A stretch of DNA of 42,830 bases from a virus (IMGVR_UViG_3300045988_095743:1-42830); one strand, 5' to 3'; shown: positions 33,447 through 41,503, counted from the stretch's first letter. The notes: a model not told the origin generated them from the letters alone. Program-made: numbers and translations.

Positions 33447-33958
33447 CCCTCCATCAGCGCCGCCAGCTTGTCCGGCGGCATCGTCTCAATGCCCTGGGAT
33501 TTGCAGTCATAGACGATCATGTCAATTAACCGGGACATTTGCGCCGAATCATAGGTGCTGGACCCGTAGTAGAGGATAACGTTGATATAGCCCGGCTTTT
33601 TGCTGGGAAACGTATCCGTTTGCCAGCCAAGCCCATTATGCTCCCACCCGGCCCGCAACCTTTGGGCGGCGTCCTCTGCTACGCAAAGAGTCTCGCTGTT
33701 CCCTCCTATATCTCGGATATATAGGCGGTAGATATCGGTTTTAGGGATCCCCGTTTTTGCGGCCAATTTATCAGCCAAACTCCAAAAGTAGGCGTTGGCA
33801 TCAAGACTTCGCCGCTCCCGATGCCGTTTGATCTCCACGTCATACAATTTCCCAGGCGTAAGCTCGTCCAGAATCTTCCTAGCGCCTTTTGTCCGGATGC
33901 AAAGCCAATCGCCGGAAGCATCCATGGACCACCGAAAATCCGATGCGTTAGCCTGCAT
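33428..33958 (-). CDS. NinB / HNHc_6-like recombination-associated protein (176 aa)
   Basis: The motif RSLDANAYFW, plus its position between Erf and HNH. Confidence 0.45.
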   Translation of the reverse strand: MQANASDFRWSMDASGDWLCIRTKGARKILDELTPGKLYDVEIKRHRERRSLDANAYFWSLADKLAAKTGIPKTDIYRLYIRDIGGNSETLCVAEDAAQRLRAGWEHNGLGWQTDTFPSKKPGYINVILYYGSSTYDSAQMSRLIDMIVYDCKSQGIETMPPDKLAALMEGWECGR

Positions 33959-34562
33959 GGGCCCGTTCCTGCTGTTCAGCCTTCATGCAGGCGCCGCAAA
34001 GCTCCGCCCCGAATTTGAGTTTGCTGTAAGTGCACATATCGGGGACGGTCCACAGGGTGCCGTCACGCTTTTCTACAGGCGTGATCTCCTTCCCGCATTT
34101 GGCGCATTTGGGCGGGATAGCCGCTTTCTTCTTGGCCGTGCTGGGCTCCGGCGTTTCTGCGTCCGGGTCCTTCATTTCCTCGGTAGGGATGCAAAACACC
34201 TGGAAAAATGCGTACTTCATGGCGATAGACATTGCCTTGTTGCTGGCCTTGTCGCCGCTGTCCATGCCCTCGCCGATAACCACGGCGGAAACGAATGTGC
34301 CATCCTCAGCGTAAAAGCTGTACTTGATCCGCATCACGGAGTACATCAGCGTACCGCCCTTGTTGGTCTGCCGCTCCTCCCGGCTCTGCTCCAGGACTTC
34401 CGGGACCACAAAAACCTTGTTTTTAGAGAGGATAGGTTGCAGGGCGTTCATCACATCATCGATGCCCCGGTACTTAAATCCCTGCTGCTGATTCTTCTTG
34501 TCCTTCCCGATGGCGGGAATTTCCTGCATGATGGCGGCGATGCTCTCATAGATGTTCATCAC
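33948..34562 (-). CDS. erf: Erf-family single-strand annealing protein with a C-terminal zinc ribbon (204 aa)
   Basis: FKYRGIDDV...GEGMDSGDKASNKAMSIAMKYA; CAKCG...CGAC. Confidence 0.8.
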   Translation of the reverse strand: MMNIYESIAAIMQEIPAIGKDKKNQQQGFKYRGIDDVMNALQPILSKNKVFVVPEVLEQSREERQTNKGGTLMYSVMRIKYSFYAEDGTFVSAVVIGEGMDSGDKASNKAMSIAMKYAFFQVFCIPTEEMKDPDAETPEPSTAKKKAAIPPKCAKCGKEITPVEKRDGTLWTVPDMCTYSKLKFGAELCGACMKAEQQERAHAG

Positions 34563-35056
34563 TTCACCCCCATGCTGAGCCCGGAGACCAATTCCGCTCC
34601 GGGGACCGGCTCCGTCGCCATGATGCGCTTGAGCTCCGTCTTGGATACCGTCGGGGCCTCATACTTCACGGCGTCCTCGTATCCATGCGTTTCCAGCCAC
34701 TCCACCACCGTGCCCATATCCAGGATGCTTACACTGGGGGGCGTTGCCCGAAAAGAAATCTTGCAGCGGGCGGACTCAAAATTTTCTCCGTGCAGAACGA
34801 AAGAGAGGTAATCCTTCATTCGCTTTGCCTGGTTTTCCGCCGCCTTCTGGCGGGCGGCAAAGGCGTCCTTCTCCGCCTTGTAGGCGGCGGCGTCCGCCGT
34901 AAGGTTCTTGATGTAGCAAGCCAGATTCTCGATTTTCTTGGTCTTTTCCATTTCCAGCGCCTCAATTGCGCTGGTATCGGTGATTTCTCCCGTCTCCGGG
35001 TCGATCAGCTTTTCAATCAAAGCGTCGATCGCCGGGTCAATTTCGTAAAGCTTCAT
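34559..35056 (-). CDS. Siphovirus Gp157-like protein (165 aa)
   Basis: MKLYEI...IDALIEKL... helical pattern. Upstream partner of the annealase. Confidence 0.65.
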   Translation of the reverse strand: MKLYEIDPAIDALIEKLIDPETGEITDTSAIEALEMEKTKKIENLACYIKNLTADAAAYKAEKDAFAARQKAAENQAKRMKDYLSFVLHGENFESARCKISFRATPPSVSILDMGTVVEWLETHGYEDAVKYEAPTVSKTELKRIMATEPVPGAELVSGLSMGVK

Positions 35057-35104
35057 TTGTCCTCCTTATAAATCAAACTCTTCACCCTGCTTTACTTCGT
35101 CTTC

Positions 35105-35402
35105 CCATTGCGTTTCAATGCGATGCTTCCACATCGCCGTCCAGTTCCTCCCGATGCCAACCTATTCCACCGCTCTGCGTTTCTCTGCGCCACTCTTCCG
35201 TCGCTGTTCTCCGCAGTGCCATGCACCCCCATTGCCATGCAACGCAGAAGAAATCATCGCAGCTCCATTGCCGTGCTCCACGAAACCTCGCCTTTGCAGG
35301 TCGTCCCAATGCATTACCGGGCAATTCCAGTGCTGATCATCGCTCAACTGCGCCCTTGCTGTTCCGTCCACAGCGAATGCGTTCCCTAACATTTCCATTG
35401 CC
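35105..35402. repeat. Dispersed GGCAATGG motif (minus-strand sense), 3 full and 1 partial copy
   Basis: Plus-strand CCATTGCC at 35395, 35265 and 35229, and CCATTGCG at 35105. The spacings are 130, 36 and 124 bp. Confidence 0.7.
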
Positions 35403-35494
35403 ATTCAGCGCTTTTCCGTGCCAAGCTGTTCCCTCGCTGCGACACTCGGAACATAGCCTTTGCTCATCTAGGCGAGTCGGAGCAGATCCGTCGC

Positions 35495-36085
35495 TTACAG
35501 CTCCTCCCAGCGGAATCTGCCTTTCCCGCTGTTGCGCCACTGGCCGATGCCGGAGAAGCGGCCATAATCCAGCCATTCCCGGACCGCCTTCTCGTGGTCA
35601 TCACAGAGGCAGACAACGGTAAACTCGCACGTTGCCCCGGCGGGAATCTCCTCGCTCATCGCAAGGCTGATGCGCTCTCCCTGCGCCGTCTGCGCTCTCA
35701 GGGGGCGCTGGCACTCGCCGATTTTGCCGTCAAACAGGAGCGGAATCGTTCTGGGCTCCGGAAAAATCAGCTTGTCGATTTCCTTCTTGTACGCCTTGAT
35801 CTTCTCACTTGCGGTTCCCTTCACTTTGCGAAGGCCGCCGCAGGTATCCTTGAAAAATCCCTTGATCTGGTAATCGTAAAGAAACGGCGTGCCATCATCC
35901 AGACGGGGAAATACCGTCATGCCCTTATCCGCCACAGCGTCGGCACCAAGAGCGGCAACCTCATCCTCCACGCTCAAAGCGTCCGGGCTTTTGCTGCCGA
36001 TGAACTCCCGATACACCTCGGGATTGGCCGGAGACGTTCCCAAAATGGGCTCCGTAAATGTCAGCTTAACCTTGATCTCCTTCAT
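35495..36085 (-). CDS. Conserved hypothetical early protein with a C-terminal glycine-rich loop (196 aa)
   Basis: Clean ORF. It ends ...YGRFSGIGQWRNSGKGRFRWEEL, which fits a G-h-G-x5-G-x-G pattern. Confidence 0.65.
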   Translation of the reverse strand: MKEIKVKLTFTEPILGTSPANPEVYREFIGSKSPDALSVEDEVAALGADAVADKGMTVFPRLDDGTPFLYDYQIKGFFKDTCGGLRKVKGTASEKIKAYKKEIDKLIFPEPRTIPLLFDGKIGECQRPLRAQTAQGERISLAMSEEIPAGATCEFTVVCLCDDHEKAVREWLDYGRFSGIGQWRNSGKGRFRWEEL

Positions 36086-36111
36086 GTTGTCCTCCTATTG
36101 CTTCCCAAAAT

Positions 36112-36285
36112 TTAATCTGCCAAATGCCGGTTTTCCCAGGCGTCCAGGGCGTCCACGCACTTCTCGCAGCCAACGACGGCCCCGGAGAACGCCCGGTACA
36201 GCGTCTCGCACTCCTCGCCGCAACAGGGGCAGCGGGGATTTTCTTCTGGCTCCGGCGGCTCCAGCGGCCGCTCCGGGATATCCAT
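36112..36285 (-). CDS. Small zinc-ribbon protein (57 aa)
   Basis: ATG 36285 lies 1 nt after the MazG-like stop. Contains CPCCG...CEKC. Confidence 0.55.
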   Translation of the reverse strand: MDIPERPLEPPEPEENPRCPCCGEECETLYRAFSGAVVGCEKCVDALDAWENRHLAD

Positions 36286-36286
36286 G

Positions 36287-36604
36287 TCAGAAAAGCGTCT
36301 CACCGGTCACATCCTCGATTCTCCGCCGCAGGCGGTTCAGCTTGCAGATCTCCTCCTCGGTGGTATCGCCAAAAATGAGGGAGAGCTGGTTGAGCATGAT
36401 GCCCACGTCGGCCATCTCCTCCCGGATACTAGTAGCCGAAATCGTGGCAGCATCATCGGCCCGGATGTACTTGGTGAGGGCCTTCGTCAGCTCGCTCATC
36501 TCCTCGATGGCCACGACGATCTGCATCTCAGAGCCCCAAGTGTCGATGGCGGCCTCCAGGATCCGGCCTTCCCGTTCCTGGGTCATCTTCATTTCTTCGT
36601 TCAT
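36287..36604 (-). CDS. MazG-like nucleotide pyrophosphohydrolase (105 aa)
   Basis: EEMSELTKAL...EEMADV paired acidic helices. Confidence 0.65.
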   Translation of the reverse strand: MNEEMKMTQEREGRILEAAIDTWGSEMQIVVAIEEMSELTKALTKYIRADDAATISATSIREEMADVGIMLNQLSLIFGDTTEEEICKLNRLRRRIEDVTGETLF

Positions 36605-36659
36605 TGCTTTTTCCTCCGTTCTCTCCCCCGGCGGCCGCTTTGGCCGCCGGGGGCATCCA

Positions 36660-37376
36660 TCACATCATCACAATGACCTTGCCCGCCTTGACCTCTTCGG
36701 CCAGGTGCTCCTCGAAGTAAGACAGGATGCTGGCCTTGGCCGTCTGCTTCCACATACCGCCGTCGGCCTCGAAGAGGCCCACATTGCCGTTGTCGTCCAG
36801 CCGCAGCAGGAACTCACTCTCCGGCTGATCCACCTCCAGGAAAGTGCGATAGGGGCGCAGTGCCACACGAGGCTTGACCGCCACCATCGTCTTCAGGGAG
36901 ACGCCCTGCCGGGCCTCCACCGTCTGGGAAACGCCGTTGTCGCTGGTGGTCACGCCATTCTCCTTGCTGATGCGGGAGAGCAGGTCCAGCATGTAGTCCA
37001 CGCCGGGGCCAGGGGCGAACTTACTCCGGAGCTCGATGATGGCCTTCTCATACTCTCGGAAGCCATCACGGAAGCCGGGAACATCGCACTCCGCAATGTA
37101 GAGGCTGTCTCTGCGCATCACGTCATCGTAGGTCGTGAACACAACGACCCGGTTGGCGCCGTCCACACGGATGAAGACCGGCAGGTTGGTGAGCATGTCC
37201 ATTTCATTGCGGACCAGCTTCACGATGCTGTCCAGGCCGGAGACGGAGATGCTGGTGGGCCGGTCGATGTGAGGCTCAATGCGGACCAGGTCACGGTCGG
37301 AATAGGTGTCGCCGTGGATGTCATAGGTCTTGTTGTCCTTGAGGGACACGAGGTACTGGGCAAATTCTTTCAGCAT
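36660..37376 (-). CDS. Conserved hypothetical early protein (238 aa), possibly DUF2303-like
   Basis: AAAGGAGA lies 7 nt before ATG 37376. The family call is a weak recollection. Confidence 0.6.
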   Translation of the reverse strand: MLKEFAQYLVSLKDNKTYDIHGDTYSDRDLVRIEPHIDRPTSISVSGLDSIVKLVRNEMDMLTNLPVFIRVDGANRVVVFTTYDDVMRRDSLYIAECDVPGFRDGFREYEKAIIELRSKFAPGPGVDYMLDLLSRISKENGVTTSDNGVSQTVEARQGVSLKTMVAVKPRVALRPYRTFLEVDQPESEFLLRLDDNGNVGLFEADGGMWKQTAKASILSYFEEHLAEEVKAGKVIVMM

Positions 37377-37403
37377 AGGTAAATCTCCTTTCAACGTTCC
37401 GGC

Positions 37404-37775
37404 TTACGCCTGCCGGGCAAATCTGAGGATCTTGGGCTGTTCCTGCTCGTCCCCGTCCATGAAAATCTGGCCAGGCACCTGGGGGACCATCTCCGCCACC
37501 ACCATCTCGCCGGTGTTGGGAGCGGAGGTGATAAAGAGGCTGGTAGTCACGGGGTCCGTGGGGACCAGGGCCGCCTTCGCCGTGGTAAGGACCGTGATGG
37601 TCTTCCGGTCGGCGCTGGGCACCAGCTCCAGCCCCACGGTGATCTTCCGCTTGGCCGTGGCCTTGGTGTTGGGGTCCAAGACGTTTTCCAGCACCCGGCC
37701 CATCTCGTAGTCCACCCGCTCCAGGATGGCGCCCATGGACATCTCCAAAATGCTCTTCTTGTCAAACTGCTCCAT
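37404..37775 (-). CDS. Hypothetical early protein (123 aa)
   Basis: Clean ORF with no motif recognised. Confidence 0.6.
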   Translation of the reverse strand: MEQFDKKSILEMSMGAILERVDYEMGRVLENVLDPNTKATAKRKITVGLELVPSADRKTITVLTTAKAALVPTDPVTTSLFITSAPNTGEMVVAEMVPQVPGQIFMDGDEQEQPKILRFARQA

Positions 37776-37791
37776 TTCGCTTTTTCCTCCT

Positions 37792-37998
37792 TCAAACTTT
37801 TCCCCTGGGCACCCACACGACCTGATACTTGGAGCGCCCAGGACGTTTTGCGCGTTTCCTGCGGCTGAGGGAAGCAGTCACCGTCCCAACGGTGACATCC
37901 GCCATCCGGGCCAAATCCTCCGCGGAATCCGCTACCGCCAGCGGCAGTTCGTACTTATCCGACGTGACCCACAAATACAAAGGCTTGCAGGTGTTCAT
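37792..37998 (-). CDS. Small HTH-like protein (68 aa)
   Basis: ATG 37998 overlaps the methyltransferase stop (ATGA). Contains AEDLARMADVTVGTVTASLSRRK. Confidence 0.55.
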   Translation of the reverse strand: MNTCKPLYLWVTSDKYELPLAVADSAEDLARMADVTVGTVTASLSRRKRAKRPGRSKYQVVWVPRGKV

Positions 37999-38660
37999 AG
38001 GCTGCCCCACTGTTCTGCCATCGCGGCGGCGATGCCGGGGAAAGTCCTCGATCTTGTCCGCTGATCACGATGTGAAGAAAGAGAATACCGAGAATACACA
38101 GAAGCATCACGACGGCCAGAAGTACTCCCAACCCAAAGCCCCTTAGGCTCTACAATATTCGTAGGCCGCAATAGGGGCAAATTGCGTAGCCAAAGGCAAG
38201 TCCGTTTTTTCCACGGATCGCCAAACATATACGGCTCAATAATCTGACTATAAGGCGGAAGCGAATATCGCCGTAACGGGCAGGGATTCTCGATAGCCAC
38301 GTATCGGATATCGCATTTCCAGAACTCCATAAAAAAATCGGCAGCCGCCCACCCCTTGGAATCACGGGCAGAATCTTTAATCGAATGATCCGGCGCAAAG
38401 AGCCGGACAGCGCTTGCGGCTGTAAGATAAGTACAAGGAGGATGAGCGATTACCATATCCCAACGCCCAATATAGTGGAGAAGATTGTCCATAGTGAGAA
38501 TAAACTCGCCTTTAAGGGCTTCCAGTGCATCCCCCAAAATATGCCACTCGGGATGCCCACCACTGGGCCCCTGCACATCGCAGGAGTAAGCCTCGTGCCC
38601 TCGTTCCCGGAATGCTTTGCAGACTTCCTGCGATTCCTCGCAGGCAACCAGGACTTTCAT
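37995..38660 (-). CDS. DNA (cytosine-5)-methyltransferase-like protein, orphan (221 aa)
   Basis: ATG 38660. Motifs AHPPCTYLT (PC motif), AIENP (ENV-like) and TFPGIAAAMAEQWG. Confidence 0.65.
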   Translation of the reverse strand: MKVLVACEESQEVCKAFRERGHEAYSCDVQGPSGGHPEWHILGDALEALKGEFILTMDNLLHYIGRWDMVIAHPPCTYLTAASAVRLFAPDHSIKDSARDSKGWAAADFFMEFWKCDIRYVAIENPCPLRRYSLPPYSQIIEPYMFGDPWKKRTCLWLRNLPLLRPTNIVEPKGLWVGSTSGRRDASVYSRYSLSSHRDQRTRSRTFPGIAAAMAEQWGSL

Positions 38661-38833
38661 CCCTTCCCCATCTCCTTCCTGATATCCCGCAGCGCCGCCA
38701 GGTAACCTTCCCACCAGATAATACCCGTTGGGTGCTGCTCCATCAGGTACGGAGCGCCCTTCTGGGTCCTGGCGTAGTTTTCCATAGCATCCAGCTTCGC
38801 CATAAGCTTGTCCTTCGTGGGGTTGCGGCTCAT
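38657..38833 (-). CDS. Small hypothetical protein (58 aa)
   Basis: ATGA-coupled at both ends. Confidence 0.45.
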   Translation of the reverse strand: MSRNPTKDKLMAKLDAMENYARTQKGAPYLMEQHPTGIIWWEGYLAALRDIRKEMGKG

Positions 38834-38925
38834 CTCCGCCCCTCGATCCTATCAATGAGCCGGAACACCCAGCTCGTGGCCGTCCCAGCACCGATCACCA
38901 CCAGCGCCAGCGTGTATCCATCCAT
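38830..38925 (-). CDS. Very small membrane peptide (31 aa)
   Basis: AAAGGAGGA lies 7 nt before the ATG. Hydrophobic core LALVVIGAGTATSWVF. Confidence 0.35.
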   Translation of the reverse strand: MDGYTLALVVIGAGTATSWVFRLIDRIEGRR

Positions 38926-38975
38926 GTGCTTGTCCTCCTTTGTTGGGAGCTTGTCCATCGCCGCCTTCCGGCGGC

Positions 38976-39095
38976 TCAGGCCTTCGCCTCCTCCGTTTCC
39001 TTTTCTTCCCGGAAGATCTCAATTTCGGCGGTATAGCCGTACCGGGCTAGGGTCTTCTCGATCAAAAACCTATAAGCCTGCTCAAAGCAATCCAT
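38976..39095 (-). CDS. Very small hypothetical protein (39 aa)
   Basis: GAGGAGG lies 7 nt before the ATG. Confidence 0.35.
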   Translation of the reverse strand: MDCFEQAYRFLIEKTLARYGYTAEIEIFREEKETEEAKA

Positions 39096-39160
39096 AACAC
39101 GACCTCCTCATGCCACGATATGCGGGAAACGCTTGTCTCCTGCGCATCTCCTTCTTGCGG

Positions 39161-39445
39161 TCAAACCTCAAACACGCGCCCCTGGGAGCGCAAAGCGTTG
39201 ACCAACTCATCATAGGCCGCGTTCGCCTCAGATTCCGTGGGGTAGAACTTGACCACCGTATAGCCCCGTTGCAAGGCAAACATTCTGATGCAATCGTAGG
39301 AGCGCCCAACTTTCGGAAGCTCCCCCTGCTTCAGCGGCTCGCGCGTCTTGGTGTTGACCAGGACTTCTGCGGGCTTTACGTAGATATCATCGCTCTCTCC
39401 CAGAGAGCAGCAACACATTCCCATGGGATTGTTGATGTAATTCAT
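39161..39445 (-). CDS. Hypothetical early protein (94 aa)
   Basis: Clean ORF with no motif recognised. Confidence 0.6.
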   Translation of the reverse strand: MNYINNPMGMCCCSLGESDDIYVKPAEVLVNTKTREPLKQGELPKVGRSYDCIRMFALQRGYTVVKFYPTESEANAAYDELVNALRSQGRVFEV

Positions 39446-39454
39446 GCTTCCTCC

Positions 39455-39658
39455 TTAGTCCTCCTCAATTATCGCCACAACCAAGCCAACGGCCGCCGCC
39501 AGCAAGAGGAGAAGCACGATGCAGAATAATACGCCGTTCTCCGTCCCAACGATCAACGCCGTAACAAGCATTAAAATGATGGCGACCGTAGCGGCTACCG
39601 CAATCGTTGCGCAACAAACCAAAAAGCACTTAATAAATCGCTTAATGAACCGCTTCAT
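39455..39658 (-). CDS. Small two-TM membrane protein (67 aa)
   Basis: Two long hydrophobic stretches. ATGA-type overlap with the Cro-like gene. Confidence 0.6.
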   Translation of the reverse strand: MKRFIKRFIKCFLVCCATIAVAATVAIILMLVTALIVGTENGVLFCIVLLLLLAAAVGLVVAIIEED

Positions 39659-39876
39659 GCCCCCTCACCCGCCCTTGCTTCTTGCGCCGCCCGGATGGCG
39701 GCGATGATCTCCTCGTCGGTGACGTGGTACAGCTTCGCCAGTTTGGGAACGAACTTGCTTGCGATGCCGTTGGCTCCTCGCTCCCACTGAGAAACGGCAT
39801 TCTGGGAAACGTACAGCTTCCGTGCGACATAGGGCTGTTTCAGCCCCGCCGCCTCCCGAAGCTCCTTCAATGTCAA
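39655..39876 (-). CDS. Cro-like XRE-family HTH protein (73 aa)
   Basis: TTG start 6 nt after AAGGAGGG. The ATGs at 39969 and 39909 have no RBS. HTH: QPYVARKLYVSQNAVSQWERG. Confidence 0.7.
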   Translation of the reverse strand: MTLKELREAAGLKQPYVARKLYVSQNAVSQWERGANGIASKFVPKLAKLYHVTDEEIIAAIRAAQEARAGEGA

Positions 39877-39910
39877 ATGAAACCCTCCTTTCAATATGAA
39901 GAACTTCATC

Positions 39911-39939
39911 TTGACAAACAGAGATACGGCCGCTATTAT
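39911..39939 (+). promoter_or_regulatory. Near-consensus sigma-70 promoter firing rightward
   Basis: TTGACA, 17 nt, TATTAT. Confidence 0.65.
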
Positions 39940-39990
39940 GTAAGTGTCAGCCAACAAAATATCGGTCATAGGCCCGCAGAACGGAGAAAT

Positions 39991-40010
39991 CCGAGGGGGC
40001 TTGGTTTTTT
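39991..40010 (+). terminator. Weak hairpin plus T6 (possible attenuator of the rightward transcript)
   Basis: CCGAG-GGGG-CTTGG, then TTTTTT. Confidence 0.35.
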
Positions 40011-40032
40011 GTTGCCTTGTGAAGTTCTGTAA

Positions 40033-40088
40033 GGCTATTATAGCCTACATAATGGTGGATGTCAATGGAATATCCGCCATTATGTAGG
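40033..40088. promoter_or_regulatory. Nested palindromes (candidate operators) over the leftward promoter
   Basis: GGCTAT-t-ATAGCC (40033-40045). CCTACATAATGG (40044-55) and CCATTATGTAGG (40077-88) form a perfect 12-bp inverted repeat, extendable to 17 bp. Confidence 0.6.
40037..40065 (-). promoter_or_regulatory. Consensus sigma-70 promoter firing leftward (early/lytic)
   Basis: The minus strand reads TTGACA (40065-40060), 17 nt, TATAAT (40042-40037). Confidence 0.7.
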
Positions 40089-40135
40089 ATTTTATGTTAT
40101 GTACAATATTCGCTTTTTTAATTTGGTGATTTTGT

Positions 40136-40837
40136 ATGCTTAATAGTTCTTTTAATATCTTGCGATCTACAGGCGCATACAATATTTTTGACGACGAATC
40201 AGTTTCTCTTGAAGAAAAAAATGCGGCATATTTAGAGATAAGAGAAAATGAGATTGCTCGGCTCAAAAACGCATACGATTTTGAAACCGTTCAAGGTATA
40301 CGAAGTATCCCGGTTCCTTGCCGGGAAGTTAACGGCGATTCTCCAACAGGAAGGGTAGAGTACTATCTTAGAGGCAAATGCTTTATTGACCATTGCAGGG
40401 CCGGGCACGTACAAATAGCCGTAGAATGCATTCGCAAGGCTCATAGTTTAATGTTTGTTTCTGATATGATATGGAAATATGATTCCTACATATCCGGAAT
40501 TTCTTGGTTGCATAATATTGGGGCGCATAAAGAAGCTTGGGAAGAAGAGCAAAGAGTTGATGAGCATTTTAAAAAAGAAGGATTTTACCCTCGTTTTTCT
40601 TTGTGGGATTTTTCAAGCCCATTGAAATATTTTGAATGGAAAAAAGAAATTAAGAAAATGGAAGAAGAGCGTTTACGAAAACGAAAACTTCGCCATGAGT
40701 ATTATTTATTGCAAGAAAAATTGCCGGAGTTGTGCCCAAAATCATTGGCAGGGTATTCAAGGATGAAAAATTCTAATACTAAGAATTATCAAAAGCTGAC
40801 AAAAATTGCTTTGCAGGCCGGAGTACAATTGGACTAA
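40136..40837 (+). CDS. Hypothetical AT-rich protein (233 aa), first gene of the repressor operon
   Basis: GGTGA lies 6 nt before the ATG. Composition is strongly AT-shifted relative to the rest of the genome. No motif recognised. Confidence 0.7.
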   Translation: MLNSSFNILRSTGAYNIFDDESVSLEEKNAAYLEIRENEIARLKNAYDFETVQGIRSIPVPCREVNGDSPTGRVEYYLRGKCFIDHCRAGHVQIAVECIRKAHSLMFVSDMIWKYDSYISGISWLHNIGAHKEAWEEEQRVDEHFKKEGFYPRFSLWDFSSPLKYFEWKKEIKKMEEERLRKRKLRHEYYLLQEKLPELCPKSLAGYSRMKNSNTKNYQKLTKIALQAGVQLD

Positions 40838-40850
40838 AGGAAAATTATAT

Positions 40851-41297
40851 ATGCCCAAAAAAATTAACAGCGTTTTGCTTAATAAAAGCAGCGTAAATTT
40901 AATTTCAGATTTTTGCAAAAGAAACGATATAAGCGAAGCGGCATTTTCAAGGAAATTTGGCAAAAACAATCGATGGATTAGTGATTTAAGAAGATGCAAA
41001 AATTTAAGCCTGCCTGACGCCGAAGAAGCCGCCCGCATGTGCATCCTCCTAGAAACCACCCCGGAAGAAATCCTGCTGCAAGAAGGAGAGACGGATGAAG
41101 AAACGGCCAAGTGCTTGGAGGATATCCAGAGGGTAAAAGAGCTGGTGGCGGAGCTGCGGAAAGAAGAAGCCCCCGATCCGAAGATCGAGGGCATTAGCGC
41201 AGAGCGTAAAGCGTTATTGGATATTGTTTATTCTCTTACGGATGAGCAATGTAGAAAGCTGCTTGGCGTAGTTTTGGAAGCAAAAAAACTAATGTAG
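40851..41297 (+). CDS. CI-like XRE-family repressor without a peptidase domain (148 aa)
   Basis: ATG 40851 follows AAAGGA. HTH ISEAAFSRKFGKNNRWISDLRR, then an acidic helical C-terminus. Confidence 0.65.
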   Translation: MPKKINSVLLNKSSVNLISDFCKRNDISEAAFSRKFGKNNRWISDLRRCKNLSLPDAEEAARMCILLETTPEEILLQEGETDEETAKCLEDIQRVKELVAELRKEEAPDPKIEGISAERKALLDIVYSLTDEQCRKLLGVVLEAKKLM

Positions 41298-41311
41298 AAG
41301 GAAATCAACAT

Positions 41312-41503
41312 ATGCCTGACTTACATTTTGAAATCCCCGAACTTGCCAAAGGCACTGTTATCCCACGCGGTGTGCAAGAATATATCAAGCTTCAAGACGA
41401 AAAGAGAGCCGCCGAAAAGAAAGCGCGCCTATACTTCTGGATCGGCATCGCAACCAGCATTCTTTGCGCGGTTGGCGGGTATTTGCTGGGCAAATTTTGC
41501 TAA
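41312..41503 (+). CDS. Small C-terminally anchored membrane protein (63 aa)
   Basis: GAAGGA RBS. TM segment LYFWIGIATSILCAVGGYLLG. Confidence 0.55.
   Translation: MPDLHFEIPELAKGTVIPRGVQEYIKLQDEKRAAEKKARLYFWIGIATSILCAVGGYLLGKFC

Noticed and set aside
35162-35404. 80-aa ORF in the repeat region
   Set aside because: It has no RBS, and its repeated HGNG simply translates the DNA motif GGCAATGG. All three frames are similarly open.
35889-37382. 497-aa plus-strand ORF
   Set aside because: It is the antisense shadow of four well-supported minus-strand genes. It is low-complexity Arg/Ser/Pro-rich and has no RBS.
38661-38891. N-terminal 77-codon extension of the methyltransferase ORF (GTG 38891)
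   Set aside because: The extension is Gly/Arg/Pro-rich and is overlapped by three RBS-preceded small ORFs. The ATG at 38660 begins the conserved MKVLVACEESQ N-terminus.
39877-39969. Long form of the Cro-like ORF (ATG 39969 or 39909)
   Set aside because: Neither ATG has an RBS, and the extension is hydrophobic filler that overlaps the rightward promoter. The TTG at 39876 has a strong AAGGAGGG.
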